Shown: positions 26,681 through 37,376, counted from the first letter of the stretch. The stretch is DNA of 55,839 nucleotides from Nemertoderma westbladi (GCA_032718475.1 JAUCBJ010000880.1:1-55839); one strand, 5' to 3'. Notes: generated from the sequence alone by a model not told the origin. Translations and numbers: made by a program.

Positions 26681-27569
26681 TTTGACTGATATCCAATATC
26701 TGCAAGTTTACCGGTACCAATCCACTATATACAGGCAATAGGTCGGTAGGCCTACTCCGCAGATCTGTGAACGAAAAGCGATTGAATTAACTGTCGTCAT
26801 AGGAACATCTAAACAGAATAATGTAGGATGCGTTGAAAGCAATGGATAACACACAGAATGGTTGTCGGATGCTGGTAATGTTACCGGTACCGGTAGGCCT
26901 ATTGCTATTGTGTTATACCGGTATCAGGGTATATCGGTGCCGCGAGAAGTCAACACGATTCGAGCGGCAGACTAGCCCTGTAGCCTGTCTCTATGCTATC
27001 AGTCTGAAAGTGTGTCGGTACCGGTACTTATTGCTGAACGGAAGACATAGCAACGTTCGTTCGTACCGGTATTCCAATGTTCGTAATCCTGCAAATAATT
27101 CTAGGAGGAGGCCTCATGTGAGTCATGTGTAGTCTGGCAGTCTGGTAGTGTAGTACAGTACAGCAGTAGGCTATGCAGTAGTAAGTACTGGTATTTGTGG
27201 TATAGGGCCTAAGGCAGTACAGCAGTAAGGGCTGAAAGGAAATACTGAAATAATTTAACAGTCTGACAGTTCAGCAGTTTGATTGATTGATTGATTGATT
27301 GAATTTTTTCCCATATAAAAAATACATACTGCACAATACTGAAATAATATATATAAATCACAATTTACCGGTAATTTATTTTACATTGTTTTATGTAAAT
27401 TATGTAAATTAATGGATGGTAATACATTTTTTGAAATTATATAATAAAATTGTCTTGCCTAGGTATCATAAATGGTCTAACTCTGTACAGTAGTTTACAA
27501 TAAATCACGTGTACCGTATATACATACATTAAACTTGAAATAAAATAAAATTTACAGTTTAAAATATAT

Positions 27570-28030
27570 CTGTTACGTAGCTACAGTTTAAAAAGTAGTA
27601 TCACATACGTACAGTAAAATTTATTTAACAAGGTACAATAAAATACGAACACGTAGTTTAAAACTTTTCACATATTATGTATAGTAAAATTAACTCGGAG
27701 TATCAGTACGTAACTACAGTTTAAAAAGTAGTATCACATACATACAATGAAATTTATTTAACAAGGTGCAATAAAATTTATTTAACAAGGTACAATAAAA
27801 TACGAACACATAGTTTAAAACTTATCACATATGTACAGTAAAATTAACTTGGAGTCTCAGTATAATTTTATACAATAAAACAAGGTATACAAAATAAAAC
27901 AAGGTAGACAAAATAAAACAAGGTAGACATCAATAAAACAAGGTAGACAAAAATAAAACAAGGTAGACAAAATAAAACAAGGTAGACATCAATAAAACAA
28001 GGTAGACAAAAATAAAACAAGCAGAACCTT
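27570..28030. repeat. Internal duplications in the LINE 3' UTR: ~130-bp direct repeat plus ~20-bp caaggtagacaaaataaaa tandem units
   Basis: ctacagtttaaaaagtagtatcacatac occurs at ~27581 and ~27714. caaggta(g/t)ac..aataaaa is repeated about 7 times in 27870-28020. Confidence 0.85.
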
Positions 28031-28075
28031 AAAATAAAAAACAAGTAGAAAATGTGCAATATTAGATTAAAATGG

Positions 28076-28120
28076 AGGGATAGCCTTATGAGGTTTCACC
28101 TCGTTTCCATAAGGGTCCCT
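28076..28120 (-). other. 3' UTR stem-loop of the LINE (candidate ORF2p recognition element)
   Basis: AGGGA CCCTTATG GAAAC GAGG TGAAA CCTC ATAAGG CTA TCCCT forms nested complementary arms. L2/CR1-group LINEs use 3' stem-loops for RT recognition. Confidence 0.6.
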
Positions 28121-28320
28121 GTGCTCTATGCGGCAGACAATATTATTTGCACCAAAATTGTAATGAAAATGGAATGGCGCCAATGAAATGCTAAAAGTAA
28201 CTGAAAAATACAATAAAAAATAGCAATAAATGCAATAATAAAAACACTGTAATATATAAAATATAGCCTATAAAATAAATAATTATGAAGTTCAATAAAA
28301 TACAATGTTTGTTATGTTAA

Positions 28321-31300
28321 TTAATAATCATAATAAATGTATTCATTTGCATTTTCGCTTAGCAGCTGCTGTAGGTAGTAGTCTTTGAGGTTGTGTTTGA
28401 ACACTTCTAAAGTTTTCACGTTCGTTAAGCTTTGAGGCAGTTCGTTCCAAATTTTTGGGCCCAAGTAAGTGAACGCTTTCTTGCCGCAAACTGTCGTACA
28501 ATGGGGGAGCGCAGCTGATGACTCAGTAGAACGCAGTGAGTGTGTTTGACAACGAAGGTTAACGAGGTCTGACATGTAATCGGGTGATATGTTGTTAACA
28601 ATTTTGAACATATGTGATGCTATAACTGCCTTTATTCTTTCGTTTAGAGGGAGCCAATTTATTTCTTTGAAGTGTTGGATTCCGATATGTTCACGAGGAC
28701 CGAAACCAAGGCAATATCTGACACATTTCCTCTGTAGTGCTTCCAATTGCTTACGAAGGCGTTGAGTTATGCTGTAAAACCAAGTAGATGCGGCGTAATC
28801 GATATGTGGTTGTATCAGTGTATTGCATAGCAAACGTCTTGTATAGTAGTCTAGTAATCCGCCATATCTATGTAAAAACTTCAATCTATTGTTACATTTC
28901 TTTATTACCTTTGTGGCCATCTCGGTCCCACTTAGATGTTGGTCTAGCACGGAGCCAAGGTAAGTGACCGATTTTGCATTTTTTATACGTTGCCCACCAC
29001 AATAGACTTCTAGTTCAGGAGAGGAAGCTATCTTTTGGTGTGTTCCAATGAGTATGCTGTAGGTCTTATCAAAGTTTATTGTCAGTTTATTTTGTACACA
29101 CCAGTCGAATACTCTGTCCATTGTTGAACTCAAACTTTTAGAAATTAATTCTGAGTCATCATTGGTTTTTATTAAGTTTGTGTCATCGGCAAAGGTTGGG
29201 TCCAGGGTGTCATCCTCTATTACCATGTGGAAGTCGTTAGTGTCTCCTTGGTACAGTAGAACTCCCAAGATAGATCCCTGGGGAACACCATTTTTAATAG
29301 GTTTAGTCTCCGATCGTGTGTTGCCAATAGCAACGAACTGTTGTCTACCAGAAAGATATGATTCGAACCAATCTTTTGTTTTATCGGTAGCGCCCATAGC
29401 CTTTAGTTTTTCTAACAATATATTGTGATTCACACAGTCAAAGGCTTTTCGAAAGTCTATAGTAACCATACCAGTGAGTTTGCCATTGTCCATACCATTT
29501 CTAATAGCGCTATCTACAAAGATTAATGCCGTTTCAGTTGAATATCCCTCCCGAAAGCCCGACTGAAGTTTATTTATTAGTTTGTTATTGATATAGTGGT
29601 CTTGTAGCTGGTTAAATGCAACTCTTTCAAGTATTTTAGACATTATTGGAAGTAATGAGAGCGGGCGAAAGTTTCCTCTCTCTAGTCGCGAACCACTGCT
29701 TTTATATGCAGTCTTTACACGAGCAATCTTGTAACTTGTAGGGTACTTAGTGGTTATTATAGATTGGTTAATAATATGCCGTAGGGGGGATATAATGACT
29801 GATAACCCATCCTTTATTATCTTTGCCGGTATCTCATCCGATCCAGTGGCTTTAGAAACATCAACCCTAGAACATATTTTGTAAACCTCGTCATATGTCG
29901 TAGGGTGTAATTCGAAAGAATTTTCCACAACTCCCAGTTTTTTGTAATAGTCCACCACCTTCGGAATATCGTAGTTTCCACTAGGTGGCGGCAACTTACT
30001 TACGAGCTCATCTGCTATTGTTAAAAAGTAATCATTAAAATAATTACATACATCTTCGGTGTTGCTACATATATTTCCGTCTATTTTAAGAACGGTAGGA
30101 GTTGAGGGATCCTCTTTTATTTTTTTTGAATGGGGGCCAATGTCTTTCAATGCTTTCCAAAGTTTTTTACTGTCTTTACCAGCCAATGCAATTTTCTCTT
30201 TGATATACGCAGTCTTCTTCTTTCTAATTATAGTTGTAGTTTCATTGCGGGTTTGTTTTAGAAGTTGTTCATCATTATGGCTGCGTGTCTCTTGGAATCT
30301 ATGGGTTTGTTTATTTCTATTAATAATGGCTTCTTTGACCTCAGTATCCACCCAGGGCTGAGAATGACATCGAACTCGATACTCGCGTTTGGGTGCTAGT
30401 TTATCTAGAGCAGTATTTAGAGCTAACGTTAAAATATTGGTTGCCTCATCCACATCGGTAGTAGTTGCTATCTTATCTATTTCTCTATTGTTATGCAATT
30501 CGAATATAAGTTTCTCAGCAGTATATTCATTATAGGATCTACACTTGATATATTTTGGTTCCTTAGGACAACATTTTTTACGTTTTCTAGTTGCAAACAC
30601 CATGTAATGATCACTTAACGTATCCTTAATTACTCCAGAAGTAATTACCATATTTGGGTTTGAAACAAAGATATGGTCCAATAGTGTAGCAGTTGTTGAA
30701 GTTACTCGAGTTGGCTCCCGTATTAATTGAACCATACTGTTCGACTCACAGAATTGCAATAGTTGTTTCAGGTTGTTATCGATATGTTGTATTCCTAGTG
30801 GATTTTTGACTATCTTACCCGTTAATGGATTTATCACAGACATCATATTTGTATTAGTATCACCCATTATTATTACCTCTTTATAGCGTGATAAATCACC
30901 TGCAGTTATTTCGAGGTTTTCGAATATAGAATAGTCAGCATCGGGTCTATAAATTACTCCAATGAGTATCGGTTTCGTCTTAGGAAGGTATAATTCGCCA
31001 ATTAACAGTTCAGAAGGAGTGTCATATGACTGGGGCTTCACCTCAAATGGTAAGTGTTTACGTACATAGAGTGCAACCCCCCCTCCATTCCCAGTTCTGT
31101 CTCTCCTATATATATCATATCCATCAATATTTACTTGTTGGTTTGTTATTGAATCATCTAGTTTAGTTTCAGTTATTGCAATAACATGGATAACTGGAGG
31201 GTTCAACATTACATTTAATTCATGTACTTTATATCGTAGACTGTTTATGTTTATATGAAGAAAGTGTATTCCACTCCGTTCAAAGTTTAATAGCCAGGGG

Positions 31301-31371
31301 TATGGGTGTGAGCCAACTGAATGTTCCTCACATGTGGTAGCGAGGCAGTAAGAAGCATCTGCAGTAGGTAG
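28321..31371 (-). CDS. LINE ORF2: apurinic endonuclease + reverse transcriptase; the frame is open 54 codons upstream of the annotated ATG at 31209
   Basis: APE motifs HININSL, ITETKL, GGGV, GDTN, LDHIF, SDH. RT motifs DFRKAFD, GVPQGSILG, FADD, YLG. C-terminal LIQPHIDY..W and WNELP. Confidence 0.92.
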   Translation of the reverse strand, partial: LPTADASYCLATTCEEHSVGSHPYPWLLNFERSGIHFLHININSLRYKVHELNVMLNPPVIHVIAITETKLDDSITNQQVNIDGYDIYRRDRTGNGGGVALYVRKHLPFEVKPQSYDTPSELLIGELYLPKTKPILIGVIYRPDADYSIFENLEITAGDLSRYKEVIIMGDTNTNMMSVINPLTGKIVKNPLGIQHIDNNLKQLLQFCESNSMVQLIREPTRVTSTTATLLDHIFVSNPNMVITSGVIKDTLSDHYMVFATRKRKKCCPKEPKYIKCRSYNEYTAEKLIFELHNNREIDKIATTTDVDEATNILTLALNTALDKLAPKREYRVRCHSQPWVDTEVKEAIINRNKQTHRFQETRSHNDEQLLKQTRNETTTIIRKKKTAYIKEKIALAGKDSKKLWKALKDIGPHSKKIKEDPSTPTVLKIDGNICSNTEDVCNYFNDYFLTIADELVSKLPPPSGNYDIPKVVDYYKKLGVVENSFELHPTTYDEVYKICSRVDVSKATGSDEIPAKIIKDGLSVIISPLRHIINQSIITTKYPTSYKIARVKTAYKSSGSRLERGNFRPLSLLPIMSKILERVAFNQLQDHYINNKLINKLQSGFREGYSTETALIFVDSAIRNGMDNGKLTGMVTIDFRKAFDCVNHNILLEKLKAMGATDKTKDWFESYLSGRQQFVAIGNTRSETKPIKNGVPQGSILGVLLYQGDTNDFHMVIEDDTLDPTFADDTNLIKTNDDSELISKSLSSTMDRVFDWCVQNKLTINFDKTYSILIGTHQKIASSPELEVYCGGQRIKNAKSVTYLGSVLDQHLSGTEMATKVIKKCNNRLKFLHRYGGLLDYYTRRLLCNTLIQPHIDYAASTWFYSITQRLRKQLEALQRKCVRYCLGFGPREHIGIQHFKEINWLPLNERIKAVIASHMFKIVNNISPDYMSDLVNLRCQTHSLRSTESSAALPHCTTVCGKKAFTYLGPKIWNELPQSLTNVKTLEVFKHNLKDYYLQQLLSENANEYIYYDY

Positions 31372-32430
31372 TCAATCTAGACGTTCAGCTTCGTTTCTCG
31401 TCACATCCAATCTCGTGGATTGTGATCGTTGGCGGGAGATACGTCGTTTCTGCCTAAATTGATATTCCATCTCGCGTTCAAATTTAGACAAATCTTTGTT
31501 GAAATATAATCGGTTGCTACCAACTACGAATACCTTCCGGGATATAACCTTCAATGCCTCTTCAATGGAATTAAATGTAAGAAGCAGTGGACGAGGGTTG
31601 TTATCCTGTCTTGGTTTACCTAGTCGATGGATTCCATAGTAGGGTAATCTTTCATTCAGAGACTCTTCTAGGAACTTATTATCAGCTTCACGCTGCATAG
31701 CTGTGTTACTTGCACCATCGCCAGGTACTCCATGTATAATGACATTCCGTTTCCGTTGGTCATTAAGTCGGATTACCTTCTCTATACTGTTACTAGAGGG
31801 TTCCACCTTTTGTTGCACAATTTTCTTATTTAAGTCTTCCAAATGTTTTGCGTTGCGTTTTACAATTTCCACCCATGTACCCCCACTATCTTCATCACCA
31901 TCATTCCCGGTAGAAGGGGGAGGAAATGATGCAATGGACTCAATGTTGTCCACTTTCGATTGTAGTTTGACATAGTTTGCGTCTACCTCATTCAAAAGTG
32001 TCTCAATTTCACAACGAAACACCGACAATTCACGTCCCACAACTAGCTTTTCCTCACCTTCTATTTCAGTTAGTGAACGAATGTTATCTTTGACGGTATT
32101 CTTTGTTGATTCTACTTCTTGGTTGAGTAGCAGGTTGTCATCCTCCAAGGTAACAATATGATTAGCTGCACAGAACCCACAAGCAAATTTTTTGGTAGCG
32201 AAATCGTTTTGTTTGGAGATCTCGACTGGTACAGAGATTTCTGTCCAAACAGATGTGCAGAAAGTGCACTCAACACTGGTCCTTACAAACTTCTTGGGAG
32301 CAGCCGAGGGATTAAGGGTTGTCTTTTTTTGTTTATCGATTTTTCCGGTCCCGGTTGTATTGATAGAGTTGCGCCTTCCACTTCCACCTTGCGCTTGGCG
32401 ACTTGAACCTTGGGATGGCGACAAATCCAT
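31372..32430 (-). CDS. LINE ORF1: CxxC..CxxC zinc motif, coiled coil, RRM-like domain
   Basis: CTFC..CGFC, heptad region, RKRNVIIHGVP, RLGK, RPLLLTF, DLSKFERE. Confidence 0.85.
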   Translation of the reverse strand: MDLSPSQGSSRQAQGGSGRRNSINTTGTGKIDKQKKTTLNPSAAPKKFVRTSVECTFCTSVWTEISVPVEISKQNDFATKKFACGFCAANHIVTLEDDNLLLNQEVESTKNTVKDNIRSLTEIEGEEKLVVGRELSVFRCEIETLLNEVDANYVKLQSKVDNIESIASFPPPSTGNDGDEDSGGTWVEIVKRNAKHLEDLNKKIVQQKVEPSSNSIEKVIRLNDQRKRNVIIHGVPGDGASNTAMQREADNKFLEESLNERLPYYGIHRLGKPRQDNNPRPLLLTFNSIEEALKVISRKVFVVGSNRLYFNKDLSKFEREMEYQFRQKRRISRQRSQSTRLDVTRNEAERLD

Positions 32431-33090
32431 TATATATATAACGGTATATAGTTAGAGATTACAACAATGGGTCTTTTAAACTTCAACTTTCATAAATAGT
32501 AAAATATTGAGTGGTAAAGAAACTAATATAGATACTAGAATATCTAATGCAGAGCCTCCTTTGACTTTATTACAGTACAGCAGTATTCAGGTGTTATTTA
32601 TATATAAAGTATTATTAACTGTGGCACGCCACACACAACTGCTGAACTGCGACTGCATTAGGCCTATATGTTAGCCTAAACCTGAATGAATGAATAATTC
32701 GTTTAATTTCCTGTACATAATGAAGGAATGTAAATAGGAAAATTACCGTTAATCACAAACACAGATTACATAAAACTTTATAATTACAGAAATAATACGT
32801 TAAAATTACTTTAAAAAGTATGATAAAATCCCCCCCCCCCCCCGGTAGCTAAAAATTGAATAATTCCAGTAAAAATAAATAAAACTTTAAACCGTATATG
32901 TCACTTGTTAGCTTAGCTGAGATTAGCAACTTAATAAAAATTAAAATCAGGCTAAGTAAAATAATAAATAAATAAAAAAAATTGAAAATACGTTGACAAT
33001 TGAACGATAAGCCTACAAACTAGATAAATAAAATAAAATTAAATTAAAAATAACGTGCCAATATTTAAGAATTGTAGATAAAAAACTATA

Positions 33091-33262
33091 TGTAGACTGC
33101 CACATATAATAATCAATGTCGAACAACATATACAATCAAACAAGTTACTGTAACTAAACTGTCACCTGTAAACTGCTTTCCTATATAGCTATATAACACA
33201 ACTAAGAGTTACACAATATTCATAAAGGTCAATCAGTGAACAAGGGTCAATCAGTCACTACA
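33091..33262 (-). repeat. 3' LTR (172 bp)
   Basis: Identical to 37453-37624. Preceded on the minus strand by PPT GAGGGGGGGAAG (33263-33274). Confidence 0.97.
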
Positions 33263-36200
33263 CTTCCCCCCCTCATCTTAGGTGGACGACCTCTTGGTCG
33301 AGGAAATTGAGAATGCTGGATAACGTGTGTGCATAGTCTCAAATGGTCGATGTGAATTACTTGATTCCACGTGGGTCTGTCAGGTATCGAAATACGGACA
33401 TTAACTGGACCTATATGTTCTGTTACAACGTAAGGTCCATCCCATCGTGGTATTAGACTAGACGCCAAGCCTGGAGATGTTGGAGGTAAATGTGTCCGCC
33501 ATACCTTATCCCCGACACAGAATTTCCGCTCTTCAGCTTTGTATATCTTGTCATGATATTCGTGTTGTCTGCGACGAAAGATTCGCGTTTTGTGGATAAC
33601 ATTATCTAGTTTAACTTGATTAATCGGTTTATCATTTATAATTCCCAACCAGGATAGAGCTGGTATAGGTGAGTGAACTTGATTTACAACGTCCATTGGA
33701 GATAAACCTAGACTTTTATGTACAGAGTGATTGTAAGTAGAAACAAATGAATCAATATGACAGTCCCATGAAGTTTGAGTACCATCTTTAGTTTCTACTA
33801 ATTGCGCTCTAATTTGGTCCTTTATGGTTCTGACCAACCTCTCTGCCATACCATCACACTGAGGGTGGTATGGACTGGTTACTGTATTGTTGATTTTCTG
33901 TTGACGACAAAAGTTTTTAAACTCATTTGAAATAAAGCATCGTCCTTGATCTGTCAATATGGTTTTTATTTCTAGGGGCTTTTGACATTTTCTAATCAAT
34001 TTCATTAAACATCCAATGACAGTTGTTGAAGTTGTGTTTCCTACTGCGAACACATCTAGAAACCGAGAGAAATGATCTACGACAACAAGCAAATGAGTGT
34101 TTCCAGTAGAAGACTTTGGGAAAGGGCCACAGAAATCCATAGCAACCCGCTCATAAGGTCTTGTAACCTCAGGTAGGGATTGAAGTGGCATCGGTGCTGG
34201 TGGTAAAACCTTTGCGCGAAGACACACATCACAATTTTTTAAGTAAGTCTTTAACTCCTTATCCATATTTGGCCAATAGCATTCCCGTTGTAATAATGAT
34301 AACGTTTTCTCATAACCCAGGTGAGCACTATTGTAACCATGAACAGATTTGACAACTTTAGAACGAAGTCCTTTGGGCACAAATAACCTGGATTTATAAG
34401 TGTATATCCCTTCAACAGTTTTAGTGAATCGATAATTAATTCGGTCAAATTCGCTGTCAGCTTCTTGAAGCTGAATGAGTTCCTCTTTCGAAAGTTGTTT
34501 TAATCCCCCATTTTCACTCTCATCAAGCACAAACACATCCATATATGAACAATTACTAGGCAACCTAGAAAGCGCATCTGCCACTTGATTAGAAGACCCC
34601 TTTTCGTGTTTGATAGATTTTAATCCTTCAAACTCTAGAAGTCGTAGTTGCCAACGAGCAAGTCTACCAGTTGCAGTTTTATTATTAATTAGCCATTGTA
34701 ATGGAGCATGATCAGACAAGACATGTACTTCAGCGCCATAAGTATAAGACTGGAACCGTTCCAATGCGAATATAACTGCCAATGCTTCCTTTTCTATTGT
34801 GGAATAGTTCTTTTCACTTGTAGTAAGATTCCTACTTGCAAATGCTATTGGGTGAAACAAACCAGCATTATCTGTTTGACTTATGACGGCACCAACTCCA
34901 AGATTAGATGCATCGCAATGGACAAAGAATGGTTCACCAACTTTAGGGTGTACAAGAACTGGGGCACTAATTAAGGCTTCCTTTAAACTTTCGAATGAAA
35001 ATTCCTGTTCATCACTCCAAACAAATGGGACTTGTTTCCGTGTAAGTTCATACAATGGTTCAGCAATAAGGTTAAAGTTCCTTATGAATTGTCTATAGGT
35101 ATTGACCAAACCCAGAAATTTTCTCACTTCAGAAACATTTGTTGGCGCTATCATGTTCTTAACAGCAATTATCTTTGACTCACTTGGATGTACGCCGTCC
35201 TCATCAACAATGAATCCCAAAAATTCAACTCTTCTCTGTAAAAATGAACATTTTTTTGGCTGGAGTTTTAATTTTGCAACTTTTAATCGGCGGAAAACTT
35301 CACGAAGTATCTCTAAATGTTGCTTTAGTTCCGTTGTGACCACATAGATGTTGTCCATGTAGAAAACAACGCACGACATGTCACCAAATAAATTACTCAT
35401 TAATCTTTGGAATGTTGGTGGGGCATTATTTAGACCAAAGGCCATGACAACAAATTCAAAATGGCCAAGACTACACGAAAACGCAGTTTTATGTCTATCA
35501 TCTGAGGCAAGAGGTATCTGCCAAAATCCAGATGCCAAATCTATTGATGAAAAATATTTCGCTCCGTATAGTTTATCTAATAAATCAGAAATTCGTGGTA
35601 ATGGAAATGCATCTTTCTCTGTTACAGCATTCAGTGCACGGAAATCTACGCACACTCTGTCGTTTCCATCAGGCTTCTTAACAATAACCAAAGGTGATGA
35701 ATATGGTGAGGAAGAAGGAGTGATAATATCCTTATCCAGCATATCTTTAATATTAGACTCTAGGAGATCTCTTTTAGCCAAAGGAACATGGTATGGCCTC
35801 TGAAATATTGGTATCTCAGATTTAGTTTTTATGTGATGTTCCACAAGGTTTGTACGCCCAAGTGGTGGTTCAAACAAATCATTATATTCCTTTGTTAGAA
35901 AGTAAAATGTTTCTAAATGTTCACTGGGAACATCTCTATTTATAGTACATTTCTCGATTAAATTTATTGTGACTACTTTATCATTTACTGAAAGAGAAGA
36001 AGGAATACTATCCGAAAATTTTAGTGTTACATTTAGAGCACGTAGTCCATTGACCCCAAGAATGCATGGATGAGCCGAATCTGTGGCCACGAAAACGTCT
36101 ACATCGGCCTTAGAAGTGCCTATTTGAATTGGAATTTGACAAGGACCTCGAACATTAAGGGGTACACCATTCGCAGTTTTTAAGATGAACTGAGTTGGCT

Positions 36201-36381
36201 TTAACTGATTTTCAGTAACTAATGAAGAGTGCGGAATTGTAGAGGATGCACCAGAGTCCATCAGTATCTCGCAAATCTGCCCATTGATAGTTCCTTTAAC
36301 AAAGAATCGACCTTGAGTTCTCTCATGGGCTATCACAGCAACAGTGGTGTCGCCCACCATCACTGTTGTTGGAAGTTTAAA
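33247..36381 (-). CDS. pol: Gypsy pol (protease, RT, RNase H, integrase), entered by -1 frameshift; RT catalytic motif reads YMDN
   Basis: LMDSGAS, DLASGFWQ, YMDN, CDAS, HHCC zinc finger, DFCGP/DQG/E triad, GPY. The stop codon lies inside the 3' LTR. Confidence 0.95.
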   Translation of the reverse strand, partial: FKLPTTVMVGDTTVAVIAHERTQGRFFVKGTINGQICEILMDSGASSTIPHSSLVTENQLKPTQFILKTANGVPLNVRGPCQIPIQIGTSKADVDVFVATDSAHPCILGVNGLRALNVTLKFSDSIPSSLSVNDKVVTINLIEKCTINRDVPSEHLETFYFLTKEYNDLFEPPLGRTNLVEHHIKTKSEIPIFQRPYHVPLAKRDLLESNIKDMLDKDIITPSSSPYSSPLVIVKKPDGNDRVCVDFRALNAVTEKDAFPLPRISDLLDKLYGAKYFSSIDLASGFWQIPLASDDRHKTAFSCSLGHFEFVVMAFGLNNAPPTFQRLMSNLFGDMSCVVFYMDNIYVVTTELKQHLEILREVFRRLKVAKLKLQPKKCSFLQRRVEFLGFIVDEDGVHPSESKIIAVKNMIAPTNVSEVRKFLGLVNTYRQFIRNFNLIAEPLYELTRKQVPFVWSDEQEFSFESLKEALISAPVLVHPKVGEPFFVHCDASNLGVGAVISQTDNAGLFHPIAFASRNLTTSEKNYSTIEKEALAVIFALERFQSYTYGAEVHVLSDHAPLQWLINNKTATGRLARWQLRLLEFEGLKSIKHEKGSSNQVADALSRLPSNCSYMDVFVLDESENGGLKQLSKEELIQLQEADSEFDRINYRFTKTVEGIYTYKSRLFVPKGLRSKVVKSVHGYNSAHLGYEKTLSLLQRECYWPNMDKELKTYLKNCDVCLRAKVLPPAPMPLQSLPEVTRPYERVAMDFCGPFPKSSTGNTHLLVVVDHFSRFLDVFAVGNTTSTTVIGCLMKLIRKCQKPLEIKTILTDQGRCFISNEFKNFCRQQKINNTVTSPYHPQCDGMAERLVRTIKDQIRAQLVETKDGTQTSWDCHIDSFVSTYNHSVHKSLGLSPMDVVNQVHSPIPALSWLGIINDKPINQVKLDNVIHKTRIFRRRQHEYHDKIYKAEERKFCVGDKVWRTHLPPTSPGLASSLIPRWDGPYVVTEHIGPVNVRISIPDRPTWNQVIHIDHLRLCTHVIQHSQFPRPRGRPPKMRGGSVVTD
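36325..36381 (-). promoter_or_regulatory. -1 ribosomal frameshift signal: slippery T TTA AAC plus candidate pseudoknot
   Basis: Gag frame reads GAT TTA AAC (heptamer 36381-36375), then a 6-nt spacer. Stem CAACAGTG/CACTGTTG, with loop TGGGC complementary to downstream GCCCA. The -1 frame is the pol frame. Confidence 0.8.
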
Positions 36382-37376
36382 TCAACCGCGGAAGATTGTT
36401 GCATAGAATCCGAAATGTAGTTAGCGTCAGTCGTAGCTGGTTGATACTGGTTATAATCTTGAGCGTACTGGAAACCATTGATTGATTGTTCCATCGTATT
36501 ATTAAATGCCTGTTCTGTAACTGGTGCAACACTAGCGCGATAATTTGTTGGATTTTGGAAGTGTTGAATATGGGGTGCTCGAAAATATTGATAACGAGGT
36601 TGTTGAAACCGTGGTGGTCTCATATTTTGCCGCATTCCCTCAGTGGCCTGAGGTCTATAGCCTTGTTTTAGTTGTTGGGTTTTTGAAGGACAATCTCGTT
36701 GTATATGGCCACGACCTTGACAACAGTAGCAGAGGATTGACTCACGTATCTGAGCATTTGCGCCAGAAAACCTAACAGCATCAACCTCATCTTCATAGTT
36801 AAGGTATTCATTATCTGCCACAGACGAAGACGATATTGATGGAGATTGCTTAAATGATGACTTCAATTCCTCATTTCGCGCAAGAGAGAAGGCACTCTCT
36901 AAATTTCCTGGATCCTTCAAGGTAAGTTTCTCCCGCAATTCGTCACGTAGACCAGCAACAAAGACAGAAACTGCCAAATTATTCCTATGGGTTACTGCAA
37001 TACCAGCAAATGCGTTCTTACAAATGTCTGAAATAGAGGCATAATAAGCGAGAACAGATTCGCCTGGCTGTTGTTTAGCTTTAAATGCTCGTCGCATCGC
37101 AAATCTAATTGCATTTCCTGGCCATAGCTTTGTATATAGATTTACTTCGATGTCATCGAAAGTGGGAAGACTGGTATCCAAGAGAACACGAATCTTGTAA
37201 GGAACATAAGCAGGCAAACGACGAATTCCCTCTTGATCAACCCAGCCATTTACGGTGCAAGCCAGGCGGAAATCGCGAAAGAAATTTTCGATAGATTCAC
37301 GGTCCTCATTTGCTAACTTTGGTGGAACTTCAAAATGCGTTTGTATTAATAGTTTGTCTGGCTTATTGTCTTCCAT
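36360..37376 (-). CDS. gag: Gypsy gag with CCHC zinc knuckle
   Basis: QQPGESV major-homology-like region, FVAGL, CYCCQGRGHIQRDC. Confidence 0.92.
   Translation of the reverse strand: MEDNKPDKLLIQTHFEVPPKLANEDRESIENFFRDFRLACTVNGWVDQEGIRRLPAYVPYKIRVLLDTSLPTFDDIEVNLYTKLWPGNAIRFAMRRAFKAKQQPGESVLAYYASISDICKNAFAGIAVTHRNNLAVSVFVAGLRDELREKLTLKDPGNLESAFSLARNEELKSSFKQSPSISSSSVADNEYLNYEDEVDAVRFSGANAQIRESILCYCCQGRGHIQRDCPSKTQQLKQGYRPQATEGMRQNMRPPRFQQPRYQYFRAPHIQHFQNPTNYRASVAPVTEQAFNNTMEQSINGFQYAQDYNQYQPATTDANYISDSMQQSSAVDLNFQQQ

Larger units (their letters stand above)
27279..32571 (-). mobile_element. Full-length CR1/L2-group (Crack-like) non-LTR retrotransposon
   Basis: ORF1 + APE-RT ORF2, ~1-kb 3' UTR and (TCAA)n tail at 27279-27302. 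Candidate 13-bp TSD acagt(t/a)cagcagt at 27266-27278 and 32572-32584. Confidence 0.85.

Noticed and set aside
26833-27132. Divergent 99-aa gene upstream of TMEM104
   Set aside because: Non-ATG start, no recognisable motif, and built largely from ACCGGT-rich promoter-like sequence.
27868-28059. Hydrophobic 63-aa ORF
   Set aside because: Translation of the 20-bp tandem repeat in a LINE 3' UTR.
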